A stretch of 64,000 nt of DNA from Isurus oxyrinchus (taxonomy: Eukaryota). Positions 12,321 through 26,380 of this stretch are shown here, in pieces. Made by a program: the position numbers and the translations under genes. The number at the start of each line of letters is the position of its first letter. Position 1 is the first letter of the stretch. The stretch covers positions 1,488,001-1,552,000 of the forward strand of contig JANJGN010000036.1 in assembly GCA_026770705.1 (NCBI GenBank), given 5' to 3'. The notes under the pieces were generated by a model. That model was given only the letters and a program-made list of their open reading frames with translations. It was not told where the DNA came from and ran no database searches.

Positions 12321-14085
12321 CTAGAATATTAAGGAAGTCTTGGTTTGAAGACACAGGAATTTGGTTTAAAAATGACCACATGAAACAACTTAAAATGGCG
12401 AAATGATGTATGCAGTGGCAGACGGGAGTGAATCATTCCATCCAAGAGATTTTCTTTCGTTTCAAATTCAGTTTTACAACCTTAAAGAAAACAGTATTTT
12501 AATTTACAACAGCCGAATGTGGGTCTTCATAAATTCGTGCTTTCAGGGTCAGTCCTGTTTTCCAGATTTGAACACATTGTGAACAAGACTCACACCTTCA
12601 ACTCAGTGGTTAGCTGCCATTTTACCTTTTGTATTTTATAATCTCTTTGCTTCCTTCATGTGTCTGAAGAATTGGTATTTAGCCAGACAGTGTGGAAGCT
12701 TTTAATTGTCTTGGGGCACTTACTGTAAACAGTTTATCGCAACGGGACATCATTGAATTTGCTGATAAATAAATCAAAAACCGGCATGATCATTCAAAAA
12801 CCCCATCTCCACTTTCTGCAAAGATAACTCACATTTCCACAATACAGGAATTCCTGAAGGAAAAATGTTTTTGATAGATTACCCTCATGCAATCGCTAAC
12901 AGCTTTCAGGATGAACTTTGCAGGACAACCGCCCAACATTAAATTGGAAAGACATTGAAAGCAACACCAAAATGTAACTACAGCATTCTCTGCTTTATGC
13001 ACCCACTTTAACATCGGACAATTTATTTCATATTGCCTCTCCTCAGTCTAACATTCAAAATGGTTCACGACATATATCACAATATTCATTTTATCCTTCT
13101 ATGAGTCTATCCATTTCACCAGAGTGACTATATCCTCCTGAATACTGCTACTATTCTCTTTACTGTTTAATACATTGTCACTTTGGGAGACATCTGCAAA
13201 CTGTGAAGTGATGCCCTATGAACACAGGACCAGTTCATTTTTATATAACAGAAAAAACTGTGCCCCTGATATGAACCACTGTGGAATAGGACGCCGGACC
13301 TCCACCAAATCTGAAACAATCGTTATCGACTACAGTATGTTCTATCTCTGAGACAATGTCACATAAACTCTGCCATCACCCCTTTAATAACTGTTCAAAT
13401 ATGAGACATTATCTCCTCCAGATGATGATATCACAGACCTCTCATTTTCCACTGTCCCATCAAAATTCCCTGCACAGGTATAGCACAGGTTCGATACAGA
13501 GGAAAGCTCTGTCAGTCCAAACTGTTCTGTGAAACTGTCCCAGGACAGATAGAGCATGAGATTAGATACAGAGTAAATCTCTATCTAAACTGTCTCCATC
13601 CAACACTCTCAGGAGATCTACAGTATGGGTTTAGTTACAGAGTTAACCTCTCTGGATAAAACACTCACATGGCATGTGCAGCACAGTGTTAGATACAGAA
13701 TGAAACTCCATCTACACTCTCCACTTAAACACTCCCAGGGATGTTATAGCATGGGATTACATACATGTAAAATTGCCACTAACCTGTGCACATCGAACAC
13801 TCTCAGGCCAGGAACAGCAACGGGTTAGAAGCAGCATAAAAGCTCTCTGAACTGTCCCCATCAAACACTCCCAGGACATATACAGTAGAGGGATAGATGA
13901 GAGTAAATCTTACTCCACAGTCTCCCCATTAAACACTCACAGGACAGGGACAGCACGGGTTAAATACAGAATGCAGAGGGGAGGGGTGGGGGGATGAGGT
14001 TGTGTTTAATTTGAATTCTTTAGATGTCTTCACCAGTTAGGGCAGGAATTCGTAGGGGACTGGGAGATACGTCAGAAACACGACA

Positions 14086-14229
14086 NNNNNNNNNNNNNNN
14101 NNNNNNNNNNNNNNNNNNNNNNNNNNNNNNNNNNNNNNNNNNNNNNNNNNNNNNNNNNNNNNNNNNNNNNNNNNNNNNNNNNNNNNNNNNNNNNNNNNNN
14201 NNNNNNNNNNNNNNNNNNNNNNNNNNNNN
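14086..14229. other. Assembly gap (N)
   Basis: 144 N. Confidence 1.
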
Positions 14230-15948
14230 CACATACACACTCACAGACACACACACACATACTGTACAATGCACTCTGCCACCCATTCTCTGTCACCGTG
14301 AAAATATTTTCTCTTCATATTTAAATCCAATTTTGGATTAAAAGGGACAGGGAAAGGGAGAGGGTGAAAAAGAGAGAGAGACCGAGAGACAGGGCGGGAG
14401 AGAAGGACAGAGCGAGAATGGGGAGAGAGATGGGGTGAGAGGGAAACGGAGGCAGAAATACGGGATGAGGGATGTATAGACAGAGAGGGACAGGGAGAAG
14501 TGGTGAGAGAGAAAGGGAGGCAAAGAGGCAGGGTGAAGGAGAGAGATAAAGAGAGGTGATTAAGTGACAAAAGAGACGTGGTGAGAGAGACCGAGAGAGG
14601 GGGGAGTTTGACAGCTAAAGGAGTGAGGTGAGCTAGAGAAAGAGAAACAGAATTAAGGGGTTAGGGTGGCAGAGAAATGGGGCAGGAGGGAAAGAGAGAG
14701 AACGAACGAGACAGGACGAAAGGGAGAGACAGAGCAGGAGTGAGAGAGAGGAAGGGGCAAGAGGTAACTAAAGACAGAGAGACATGCAAGAGAGAAAAAA
14801 GAGATGGGATTTGAGTGAAAGATTGGGCAAGAGGGATAGATGCACATACAAACGGGGCAAGACAGAGAGAGAGGCAGGGCGAAAGAGAGAAAATGTGTTG
14901 GGATGAGAGAGACATAAACGGACAGTGAGAGAGAGAACATGGATGGCACGAGTGAGAGAGGGAGACAAGGGGTGAGAGAAGACAGAGATGTGCGGTGAGT
15001 AGTGAGAGAGAGAGTCATGGAGTCGAGAGGAGCTAGAAGATATAGTGAGAGAGGGAGAAAGAGAGAGAGAGGGGGGACGAAAGGGAGAAAGAACCACCCT
15101 CAACATTTAAAATGGAGGATGATCCCTGCTCCATCTTTAAAATGGAAGAGATCCCTCTTCAAAAATAAAAGGAAGGGAGATCCCTTAACCAGGTTTGAAA
15201 TGGAGGGCGATCCCTTTTACATCTTCAAAATGGAAGGAGATTCCTTTTCCATCTTTAAAATGCAGTGAAATCCCCACTTCACTTTTATGATGGAAGGGAA
15301 TCCCTTCTCCGATACAAAATGATACCCTGCATGCTGAGCTTGACAACATTTACAGCATTTCCAAAGTCTAACGCACATTGTTGCCTGTATTGTGTGAATG
15401 CAGCTGTGAAGAGGTTTAAAGTTTTAAACATCAGACAGGGAGATGCTGAGAGAGATACAGTCCGAGAGGCTGAGCGAGAAACAGAGAGATAGCGACGGAA
15501 GGATACTTGGAGTTTCAAGATTGATTCCACAAGGTGCCTGATGAAAGGTTGTTACTCGGGAAAAGGGCTCATACTGTGACAGCTTGATCAAATCACCCCT
15601 GTTGCTGCTAAATTTCAGGCAATACAATCCGAGTTCATGCAATCTCACTTTGCAATTTTACCCTTGGAATCCAGGTTTCATTTTGACAAAGCTGCGATGC
15701 AATCAGGCTGTCTAAACTGTCCCTGGAGTGTCGGATTAACCCAGGTCACTCACAAACACCCGGCTCAGACTCAAGACTCACCTGTCTCACTCACTGAGAC
15801 GCTCCCATATCACTTGCCTTATTGTAGTCGAATGCCATGTTTGGGAGCAGGACAGGTACACCGGATTAGGACGACTGCTCACGTAGACGATAAGCTCCAG
15901 GAATCTATCAGAGAATCAGAACAGACCAGGGAGAATCAAACAAGTTAA

Positions 15949-16122
15949 GTCCTAACAAAAACAAAAACAGAATTACCTGGAAAAACTCAGCAGGTCTGGC
16001 AGCATCGGCGGAGAAGAAAAGAGTTGACATTTCGAGTCCTCATGACCCTTTGACAGAACTTGAGTTCGAGTCCAAGAAAGAGTTGAAATATAAGCTGGTC
16101 TAAGGTGTGTGGGTGGGGGGCG

Positions 16123-16154
<32 letters not shown>

Positions 16155-16969
16155 GGGGGGGGGTGTGGTTGTATGGACAAACAAGCAGTGATAGAAGCAG
16201 ATCATCAAAAGATGTCGACAACAATGGTACAAAAGAACACATAGGTTGGTGATATTATCTAAACGAATGTGCTAATTAAGAATGGATGGTAGGGCACTCA
16301 AGGTATAGCTCTCGTGGGGGTGTTTTTTTTTAATTTTTTTTATATATAATGGAAATAGGTGGGAAAAGGAAAATCTTTATAATTTATTGGAAAAAAAGGA
16401 AGGGGGAAACAGAAAGGGGGTGGGGATGGGGGAGGGAGCTCACGACCTAAAGTTGTTGAATCCAATATTCAGTCTGGAAGGCTGTAAAGTGCCTAGTCGG
16501 AAGATGAGGTGTTGTTCCTCCAGTTTGCGTTGGGCTTCACTGGAACAATGCAGCAAGCCAAGGACAGACATGTGGGCAAGAGAGCAGGGTGGTGTGTTAA
16601 AATGGCAAGCGACAGGGAGGTTTGGGTCATTCTTGCGGACAGACCGCAGGTGTTCTGCAAAGCGGTCGTCCAGTTTACGTTTGGTCTCTGCAATGTAGAG
16701 GAGACCACATTGGGAGCAACGAATGCAGTAGACTAAGTTGGGGGAAATGCAAGTGAAGTGCTGCTTCACTTGAAAGGAGTGTTTGGGTCCTTGGACGGTG
16801 AGGAGAGAGGAAGTGAAGGGGCAGTTATTGCATCTTTTGCGTGGGCATGGGGTGGTTCCATAGGAGGGGGTTGAGGAGTAGGGGGTGATGGAGGAGTGGA
16901 CCAGGGTGTCCCGGAGGAAGCGATCCCTACGGAATGCCGATGGGGGTGGGGGGGGGGGGTGAAGGGAAG
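15949..16969 (-). mobile_element. 5'-truncated Penelope-like retroelement (GIY-YIG endonuclease end and 3' region)
   Basis: ORF 16440-16769: FTCISPNLVYCIRCSQCGLLYIAETKRKLDDRFAEHLRSV...ACHFN. It interrupts a duplicated block. AGTTAA is repeated at 15943-15948 and 16970-16975. Confidence 0.9.
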
Positions 16970-18463
16970 AGTTAACTCATGTTCGATTTGTGAACCATGC
17001 TTTGTGGAATGTTTTCGTGTTGGGTGTGTTTGTTGCCATCAAATACCCCCAGAGATGATACAGCACGAGGTTAAATATAGAGTAGATCTCTGTTTGCACT
17101 GTCCCATCAAACATTCCCAGGACAGGTACAGCACGGGGTCAGATACAGAGTAAATCACCCTCTACACTGTCCCCATTAAACACTCCCAGGTTGGGTACAG
17201 CACAGGGCTAGATACTGAACAAAACTATCTCTACGCTGACCCATCAAACATTCACAGGACAGGGACAGCGCAAGGTTGAATACAGAGTAATGCTCCCTCT
17301 AAGCTATCCCCATCAAACACTCCCAGGGCAGGGACAGCACAGGGTTTGTTTAAGAGTAAAGCGCCTTCTACAATTTTCCCATCAAACACTCCCAGGTCAG
17401 GTACAGCACGAGGTTAAATACAGAGTTAACACCCTGTAAACTGTAACATCAAACACTCCCAGGACATGTCAGGTACAGCACGCTGTTGGATATGGAATAA
17501 AGCTCTCGCTACACTGTATATTCGAATACTCCCCTGGTTGATAAAGTCAAGGGTTAGGGACATGTTAAAGTTCTCTTTTGATGCTTACTGATAATTAGTC
17601 CCTGGAGGTTTACAGCACATGGTTATGTACAGCGAAAATCTCCCTCTGCACTGTCCCACCATTCACTCCCAGTGCAGGAACAGCACATGGTTAGTAACAA
17701 AATAAATTTCCCTTTACAATCTCCTTTCCAACACTTCGAGGAACGGGAAAGTACAGAGTAAAGCTCTCTCAACTATCTCCCATTCATACACGCCCAAGAC
17801 ACGTAAGAAACTGGGTAAACCTTACTCTTCACTGTCCCATCAGAGACTTGCAGTAGAGAAACAACACCACTTTATATAGAAGGTCCAGCTTCTTATACAC
17901 TTTCCCTTCAATTACAGAGTAAATTTCCCTTCACAATCTCCTCTGAAACGTTTGCGGGACAGGGACAATAAAGACTAAGGCTCCTTCTACATTGTCCCTA
18001 TCAAAAACCCCAGGAAAGGTACAGTACAGAATAAAGCGCCATCTACAATCTCCCATTCAAACATGCCCACGACAGGTGCAGCACATCAAAGAAACAGAGT
18101 AAACCTTCCTCTTCACTTTCCATCAGACACTTGCAGAAGAGGTACAATACAGGGTTATACTGAGCCCCAAACTCCCTTTATACTGTTCCAGCAACTGGTG
18201 TTCAATATTAAGGAAGACTTGCTGTGGTAAAACAGAATTTTGGAGTGAAAATGGCCACCATAAACCAACTCAAAATGGCCAAATCATGTATGTGAAGGCT
18301 TCCAGAGTGCCGGAGAGAGCAACAGTGACACACTCACACATGCAGACAAACACACACACACAGACACACAAACACACATACACACACACACTCATTGGCA
18401 CAACCACAGATGCACACAGAAAGAGGTACACGCATACATAGGCACACACAGAATGAAACAGAT

Positions 18464-18630
18464 NNNNNNNNNNNNNNNNNNNNNNNNNNNNNNNNNNNNN
18501 NNNNNNNNNNNNNNNNNNNNNNNNNNNNNNNNNNNNNNNNNNNNNNNNNNNNNNNNNNNNNNNNNNNNNNNNNNNNNNNNNNNNNNNNNNNNNNNNNNNN
18601 NNNNNNNNNNNNNNNNNNNNNNNNNNNNNN
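18464..18630. other. Assembly gap (N)
   Basis: 167 N. Confidence 1.
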
Positions 18631-20022
18631 CAGCGAGGAATAGAGGCACATTTGGATTTATGAAAGGCATCAGATCAGGTCGGTCATTGAGTTGAAAATT
18701 TAAAAGTGACTCAGCATCAACTACAATTGGTGAGGACAGTTCCAACTACCCACAATCCTTTGTGTTTAGAAGTTATTCCCTCTACACTGTCCCCATCAAA
18801 CACTCCTAGGACAGGTACAGCACGGGGTTAGATATAGAGTAAATCTCCCTCTACATTGTCCCCATCAAACACTCCCACGACAGGTGCAGCTAGATGGCGT
18901 CTGGTTGGATTATATGTACAACAACGGACACCCGGGAGAGAGTTACAGACTGGAATCTAATCAAAGGGTTCGGGTGTTTTATGTATAGAATAACAGATAC
19001 CCGGGAGTGAGTTACTGGCTGAAATCTAATCGAGGGGTTCGGGGTGGTTTATATTTAGAAAAACAGATACCCCGGACTGAGTTACTGACTGGAATCTAAT
19101 CGAGAGGTTCGGGGTAGTTTATATATAGAATTACAGACATCCGGGAGTGAGTTACAGACTGGAATCTAATCGAAGGTATCGATGGGGTTTACATATAGAA
19201 TGGAAGATATCCGGTAGTGAGTTACAGATGGGAATCTAGTCGAGAGCTTTGAGGGGTTTATATATCGAATAACAGATGCCCGGGAGTGAGTTACAGAGTG
19301 GAATCTAATCGAGGGATTCGGTGGTGTTTGCACATAGAATGATTGGTTCAAATCACGAACCATTGAAAATATCATTTTTCTTGTGATGTGCTGAAATGCA
19401 GGTTACAGAGGCTGATTGATATAATGTGTAGTGTGAGTTGTGAACCAGTTTTACCCCATCGATCACATTTAATTTCTCATTGTAACGATTTGAAGTTTTC
19501 TTTGTCTTGGCACAAATGGGCAGGGTCTCCCAAGTCTTTTAGATCCTCACTGTTGCCAGCATTTCATCATTTATAATATAATCTGTTCCATCTTTTTTAA
19601 TGTGAGCGGCCACACATTTGTTTACAATGAAATCCATCTTTCTCTACTTCAGACATTCACTTAAGGTGTTCATATCGCTTTGGACTTTTAAGCTTCCAGC
19701 TACAATGCTGACAATGCTGCCTCTTTTCGTGTCCTTAGCAAACTTGCGACATTCTATCGCACATTCTTAAATTGTTAATAAAAACAGAGAAACTGAGACA
19801 CTCACACTGGATTGCAGCAGCAGAAGGAATGTGAATCATTCAATCCCGGAGGTTTCTAACTCCAGATTAAATTTTACAAAATTCACATCAGCTAATTGCG
19901 GGATTGGAACCTACTGCTTTCTGAATCATTAGCCAAGCTTCACAGATTAATACATCAAAACTGACATTCTGAAACAAGGAGAGGGCCCCACAACTTCAAT
20001 TCTGTGATTCGGTGGCATGTTC

Positions 20023-21103
20023 TAAGACCATAAGATCATAAAACAAGAGAGCAGAAATTAGGTCATTCGGCCCATCGAGTCTGCTCCGCCATTCAATCAT
20101 GGCTGATAGGTTTCTCAACCCCATTCTCCCCCCTTCGCCCCGTAACCTTTGATCCTCTTACCAATCAAGAACCTATCTATCTCGGTCTTCAATACACTGA
20201 ATGACTTGGCCTCCACAGCCTTCTGTGGCAATGAATTCCATAGATTCACCACTCTCTGGCTAAAGAAGTTTCTCCTCATCTCTGTTCTAAAAGGTCTTCA
20301 CTTTACTCTAAGGCTGTGCCCTCGGGTCTTAGTCTTCGATTAATGGAAACATCTAGCCCACCTCCACTCTATCCAGGCCCATCAGTATTCTGTAACTTTC
20401 AATCAAATCCCCCCCTCATTCTTCTAAACTCCATCGAGTCTAGACCCAGAGTCCTCAAACGTTCCTCATATGTTAAGCCTTTCATTCCTGGGATCGTTCT
20501 CGTGAGCCTCCTCTGGACCCTCTCCAGGGCCAGAACATCCTTGCTGAGATACGAGGCCCAAAATAGTTCACAATATTCTAAATGCCGTCTGACCAGAGCC
20601 TTATAACCCTCAGCAGTATATCCCTGCTTTCATATTCAATCCTCTCGAAATAAATGCCAACATTGCATTTGCCTTCCTAACTACCGACTCAACCTGCAAG
20701 ATAACTCTAAGAGAATCCTGGACTAGGACTCCAAGTCCCTTTGCACTCCATATTTCTGAATTATCTCCCCATTTAGAAAATAGTCTATGCGTCTATTCTT
20801 CCTGCTGAAGTGCATGACCTTAATCTTCCCCACGTTGTATGCCATCTGCCACTTCTTTGCACATTCTCCTAAGCTGTCCAAATCCTTCTGCAACCTCTCC
20901 GACTCCTCAATACTACGTGTCCCTCCACCTATGTTTGTATCATCTGCAAACTTAGCCAGAATGTCCTCCGTTCCTTCAGCTAGATCAATAAAGTATAAAG
21001 TGAAAAGTTGTGGCCCCAACACTGACCCCTGCTGAACTCCACTGCAGAACTGGCCTCCATCCTGAGAATGTCCCTCTTCTCTACACTCTCTGACTCCTGC
21101 CAG
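20023..21103 (-). mobile_element. CR1 LINE 3' portion inserted into a duplicated block
   Basis: SGVQQGSVLGPQLFTLYFIDL..AKFADDTNIGG..LQKDLDSLGECAKKWQMAYNVGK; tail repeat TAAGACCATAAGATCATA; absent from the paralogous block at ~27060. Confidence 0.9.
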
Positions 21104-22343
21104 ACATGACTTGTATCTTAAAATATCTCTGCCCCCTTCATGTGTGAAGACTTGGGAAATGATGCGGACATTGGGAAACCATTTCATTCTCTCAGGACAT
21201 TTCCTGAGAGAATTTCATTGTCCCGAGGCAGTTACAGTAAACGGTTCCTGAAAATAACATCATTGAAATTTGCTCATTAGTCAACCAAAACCTGATTTTC
21301 CATACAGACTCCCTGGCGCTACACCTTATTGCTTCAAAGATAATTCACATTTCACAATGTAGGAAAGTGTGAATGCAAAAATTTTCTTCACACGTTTCCA
21401 TAATATTAAGGCTCACAATTTTCTGGGTGAAATTTTCAAGAACACATTCATCAAATGACAGATTTCCAGCTCCAAATGGAAGCTTCAAGGTACAGAAAGT
21501 GGCACAGAAATGAAACCTCCGATTTATGTGTTTCTGCATCCGATATTGGACAGCTTGGGTTTAGATACGGAGTAAAGCTCCAACTAAACTGTCCCCATCA
21601 AACACTCCCAGGACAGTTACAGCACCGGATTAGATACAGAGTAGAGTTCCCTTAATACTTGAGTTATAAAATTAAAAAGCGTCATTCTCCTTTGAATTAG
21701 AGTTGAAATTAAAAAACAGTGATCAAATTAAAAGTTCATCAGCTGGAGAAAAGGTGACAGCTCCAAATATTTTTCTGCATGCCTCGGTATAAAAACCATT
21801 ATCCTGTGACATATCCTTTCCCCATCTTTAAAATGGAGGGAGATCTCTTCTCCATCTTTACCACTGTTATCCAATCTCTTCATTTCCATGATTGTCTTGA
21901 AGCCTTTCAGCAAATCACCCCTTAACCACGATTCCAGTGTTTCAGAGTGAAGCTTTGACTACACTGTTTATCAAACACTCCCAATCCAATTACAGTATGG
22001 TGTTTGATACAGAGTCAAATTCAAAAAGTGTGCTTCAAGGATAACGGGGGATACACAGGCTGAAGGTTTTGGGAAAGGGATGAAAGGGGGGATGTGATAG
22101 AGACCTTTTTAAATCTGCGAGTGTTAATGACCCGGAACCCGTGGACAATGCGTTGTGTCGGGGATGAATGTTTGACCAGTGTCTCCATAGCTGTGTCTCT
22201 GTCACATTGAAAGAACGATCGTCACATTTGTGAGGAACGAGCTCTGTGATAAATGTCCCAGCGCTGTGGGAACATAAAATGGTCACGGTGATCAAACCTA
22301 AAATGGCTGCCTGGTGCTTGCGGATTTTTCTTATGGAATCGGC

Positions 22344-22374
<31 letters not shown>

Positions 22375-24142
22375 GAAGCAGAGTGAGGGAATATTAAAGA
22401 GAGAGAGACACAGAGCGAGAGGGGATGAAGAGGAGGACGGTGAATGAATGATTGAATTGGTCACGGCACTGGGACATTTATGACTGAGTTGATTTATGGC
22501 AAACTTGTGGCATTCTATCCAGTTATCTTAAACGGTTATGAAACAGAGAAACTGAGACACACACATGGGCTTTTCAGCAGCAGACATAATGTGAATCATT
22601 TCGTCCCGGAGGTTTTTACTTACAAAGTTAGTTTTAGATAATTCAAGACTCAAATTCACAACAGCAATGTGTGGGACTGAACGCCCGGGTCCTTCAATAT
22701 TCCAGGGAATACACAATGAATTTAAATCCCCATATTTGTCTCTCTGTCACGTCTAAAGTGTTAATGTTATATCACTGAGGGGTCACTCTGTCATTAATGT
22801 CCCAGTGCCGTGGGAACATAAAATGGTCACTGTGAACAAACCTAAAATGGCTGCCTGATGTACATGTAACTCATATAGATTCTCAGAGGAAGAGAGGCAG
22901 GGAAAGAATGCACAGAATGCGTGAATGGAAATAGAGACTCTCAGACCGAGTGGGGGACCGAGTGCCAGAGAGTGAATAAATGATATTGGTCATAGCGCAT
23001 GGAAAGAAAGGCAAATTAACCCTTCAGCCCTGTTCTGGCATTCAATAAGATCCTGGCTGACCTGTGATCTAAACCATTTGTTTCATTTCTCTGCACCCTG
23101 TTAGGTAACATAAACCGATGAACGTCAGATTCATGCATGAACAAGTGGCTGAGCATCAATTTCCATTCATGTGAGAGAGTTCCAAACTAATAACACATTT
23201 GTTTTTTTTTTAAAGTTTTTATTAGCTTCTCTCCTGAAATTCTTAATTTCTAAACATCGTTGAAAAACCATTGCTCCAAAGCCGAGACTCCCCAAACTGG
23301 CGGAAATAATTACTTTTTACCAACCCTGTGCTTCCATTGTAATCCTGAAATATTTCATCAAATCACCCCTCACCTAAATTCCAGGGTAAAGCTTCATCCA
23401 CACTGTACAACAAACACACCCAACACAAATACATTATGGATTATGGGGTTCGATAGAGAGAACATTCCCCCTGCTCTGTCCCATCAGACGGGCCCAGGGA
23501 AGGGGCAGCACAGGGAGAGATCCCAAGCAAAGATAGGGCCTATTGCGTGATAAACAGAGAAATGGCCGTGTGCAGTCCAAGCAGAGGCCGGGTGAAGTGT
23601 AGCATTCGCAGAGACATGGCCGCGTGTTATATCAACCTAGAGATTGTCTAGTGTAGTAAAAACAGAGACATGGTCTAGTACAGTCAGAATAGGACCAGGT
23701 TGTTCCTCAGAAACCATTGAAGGCAGGGACAAAATCAATTGTGTGAGGCATTTCTCATGACTCCTGATTTTATGAGGAGAGGATTCATATTTTCTTATGA
23801 GGAAAGGTAGGACCGGCTGTGCCTGTATCCATTAGAGTGTAGAATTTGGAGAGGTGATCTTACTGAAACATATAAGATCCTGAGGGGACTTGACAGGGTC
23901 GACGTGAAGAGGATGCTTCCCATTATAGGAGAGACTCGAACTAGGGACCAAGTTTAAAAATATTTTCAAACAGTTTCAAAAATGGACACAAAGCTCCAAT
24001 TCACACTCAGTGATGCAGCCTATCAACAAAGGGAATTTTTAAAAAAAATATGAAAATGTGTACAAAACACAGCACACCCCAAATGATGATGATTCCAATA
24101 TCAAACACAGAAGGAGTGTAAATTTCAATTCCATCCCATGTA

Positions 24143-24725
24143 ATCACACTGCCCCAGCAATCACATCCTTCCTATAGTGTGGCTCCCAAGACTGTACACA
24201 ATACTCCAGCTGAGGTCTAATTAGTGTCTTATATAAATTCAGCATAACATCCCTGCTCTTGTACTCTATGCCCTTATTAATAAAGCTCAGGATACGATCT
24301 GCTTTTTGAATAACTCTCTCAACCTGTCTTGCCACCTTCAATTATCTATGCACATATGCACCCTTACAAAACTACACCCCTAATTTCGTTTTGTCTGTCC
24401 ATGTTCCTCCTACCATAATGCATCACCTCATACTTCTCCACATTGAACATCATTGGCCACCTATCTGCCCACTCTACCAGCTGGTCAAAGTCCTTTTGAA
24501 ACTCCACACTGTCCGCCTCACTGTTTACAATTCTCCTAAGTTTTGTGCCATCCACAAACGCAGAATTTGGCCCCTGCATACCAAGATCTAAAGCATTTAA
24601 ATACATCAGGAAAAGCAAAGGTCCCAATACTGTCCCCTAGTGAACTCCACTACAGTCCTACATCCAGACTGAAAAATACCCATGAACTATTACTCTCTGT
24701 TTCCTCTCCCTCAGCCAATTCTGTA
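24143..24725 (-). mobile_element. CR1 LINE RT fragment
   Basis: GPLLFLMYLNALD..FVDGTKL..WADRWPMMFNVEK; GIEYKSRDVMLNLYKTLIRPQLEYCVQSW. Confidence 0.85.
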
Positions 24726-25389
24726 TCCATGTTTGATTGGTCTCACTCGTCTACCTTTTACCTGAGACCCTAATAATATTTTCCATTCAGTTTCACATCC
24801 GATTTTGTCTCAAAAGAGGCTGGGAGAGAGAGAGAGAGAGAGAGAAAGTGAGAGAGAGAGAGATGGGACGAGAGTGGGACAGAGATAGAAAGAGAGCGAC
24901 AGAGAGATGATGTGAGAGGGAGAGAGATGTGGGCGACAGAGATAGGAGCAGAGCAACGGAGGTAAGGAGTGAGAGAGAGAGAGATAGCGGGAAATAGCCG
25001 ACGAGAGACTGGGTGAGATAGAAAGAGGGCTGGGGCGAGCAAGTAAGCTAGAGAGAGGAAAAAGAGCGAAAGAAAAAGAGATGAGGTGAGAGAGAGGGAC
25101 ATGAAGAGAAGGGAGCGAGAGTAGGGTAAAGAGGTGGTGACAGAGAGAAACAGATAAATGTGGTAGAGTGGCAGACAGATGGGTTGGGAGAGAGAAGGAA
25201 AAAGACGGGATGAGAGAAAGAGAAAGTGCAGGGGTAAACTGAAAATGTTCAACAATTTTTAAACATTATTGAGTTTAAAGAACAACATCCTGTGATATAA
25301 AGCTTTTCCATGTTTAAATTAGAGGGCGATCCCCTCTTTGTCTTTAAAATAGGGGTAGAGCCCTTCCTCAACTTGTGATATGGAAGTGC

Positions 25390-26380
25390 TGGAATCTAAT
25401 CGAAGGGTTCGGGATGGTTCATGTATACAATAAAAGATACCTGGGAGTGAGTTACAAACTGGAATCTAATCGAGGGGTTCAGGTGATTATATATACAACA
25501 ACAGATACACGGGAGTGAGTTACAGACTGGAATCACGTCGAGGGGTTCGAGGTTGTTTATACATACGATGACAGATACCTGGGGGTCAGTTACACACTGA
25601 GATCTAATAGAGGTGTTCAGTGTGGTTTATATTTTGAATTACAGGTACCCGGGAGTGAGTTACAGAATGAAATTAAATCGAGTGATCCGGGGTGTTTTAT
25701 ATATAGGGTAAGATACTCGGGAGTGAGTTACAGACTGGAATCTAATCGAGGGGTTCGGTGTTGTTTATATATAGAATTAAAAATATTCAGGTGTGAGTTA
25801 CAGACTGGCATCTAGTCGGGGTGTTCAGGATAGTTTATATATAGATTAACAGATACCCGAGAGTGAGTTACAGGCTGCAATTTAATTGAGGTGTTCGGGT
25901 GATTTATACGTAAATCATATGTAGATAATATATATAGGATAACATAAGCCCGGGAATCAATTACAAACTGGAATCTAAACGAGAGGCTTAGGGGTGGTTT
26001 ATATGTAGGATAACATATATCCTGGAGTGAGTTACTGACTGGAATCTAATCAAGGGGTTCAGGGTGGTTCATATATGGAATTACAGATACGCGGGAGTGA
26101 GTTACAGTGTGGAATCTAGTCGAGCTTGTTCAGGATATTTTAGATATAGATTAACATATACCCGGGAGTGAGTTACAGGCTGGAAACTAATCGAGGAGTT
26201 AGGGTGCTTTATATATAATCATGTAGATATAATATGAATTGAATAACAGATATCTGTGACTGAGTTGCAGACTGGAACCTAATTGAAGGTTTCGTGGTGC
26301 ATTATATATAGAATAACAGACACCCAGGAGTGAGTTACAGACTGGAATGTAATCGAGGGATTCGGTAGGGTTTGTACATG
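25390..26380 (+). repeat. 70-bp satellite (CCGGGAGTGAGTTACAGACTGGAATCTAATCGAGGGGTTCGGGGTGGTTTATATATAGAATAACAGATAC)n
   Basis: About 14 units; second array at 18930-19340. Confidence 0.92.

Noticed and set aside
18930-19340. Regular repeats superficially like a CRISPR array
   Set aside because: Head-to-tail 70-bp satellite with no unique spacers, in a eukaryotic context.
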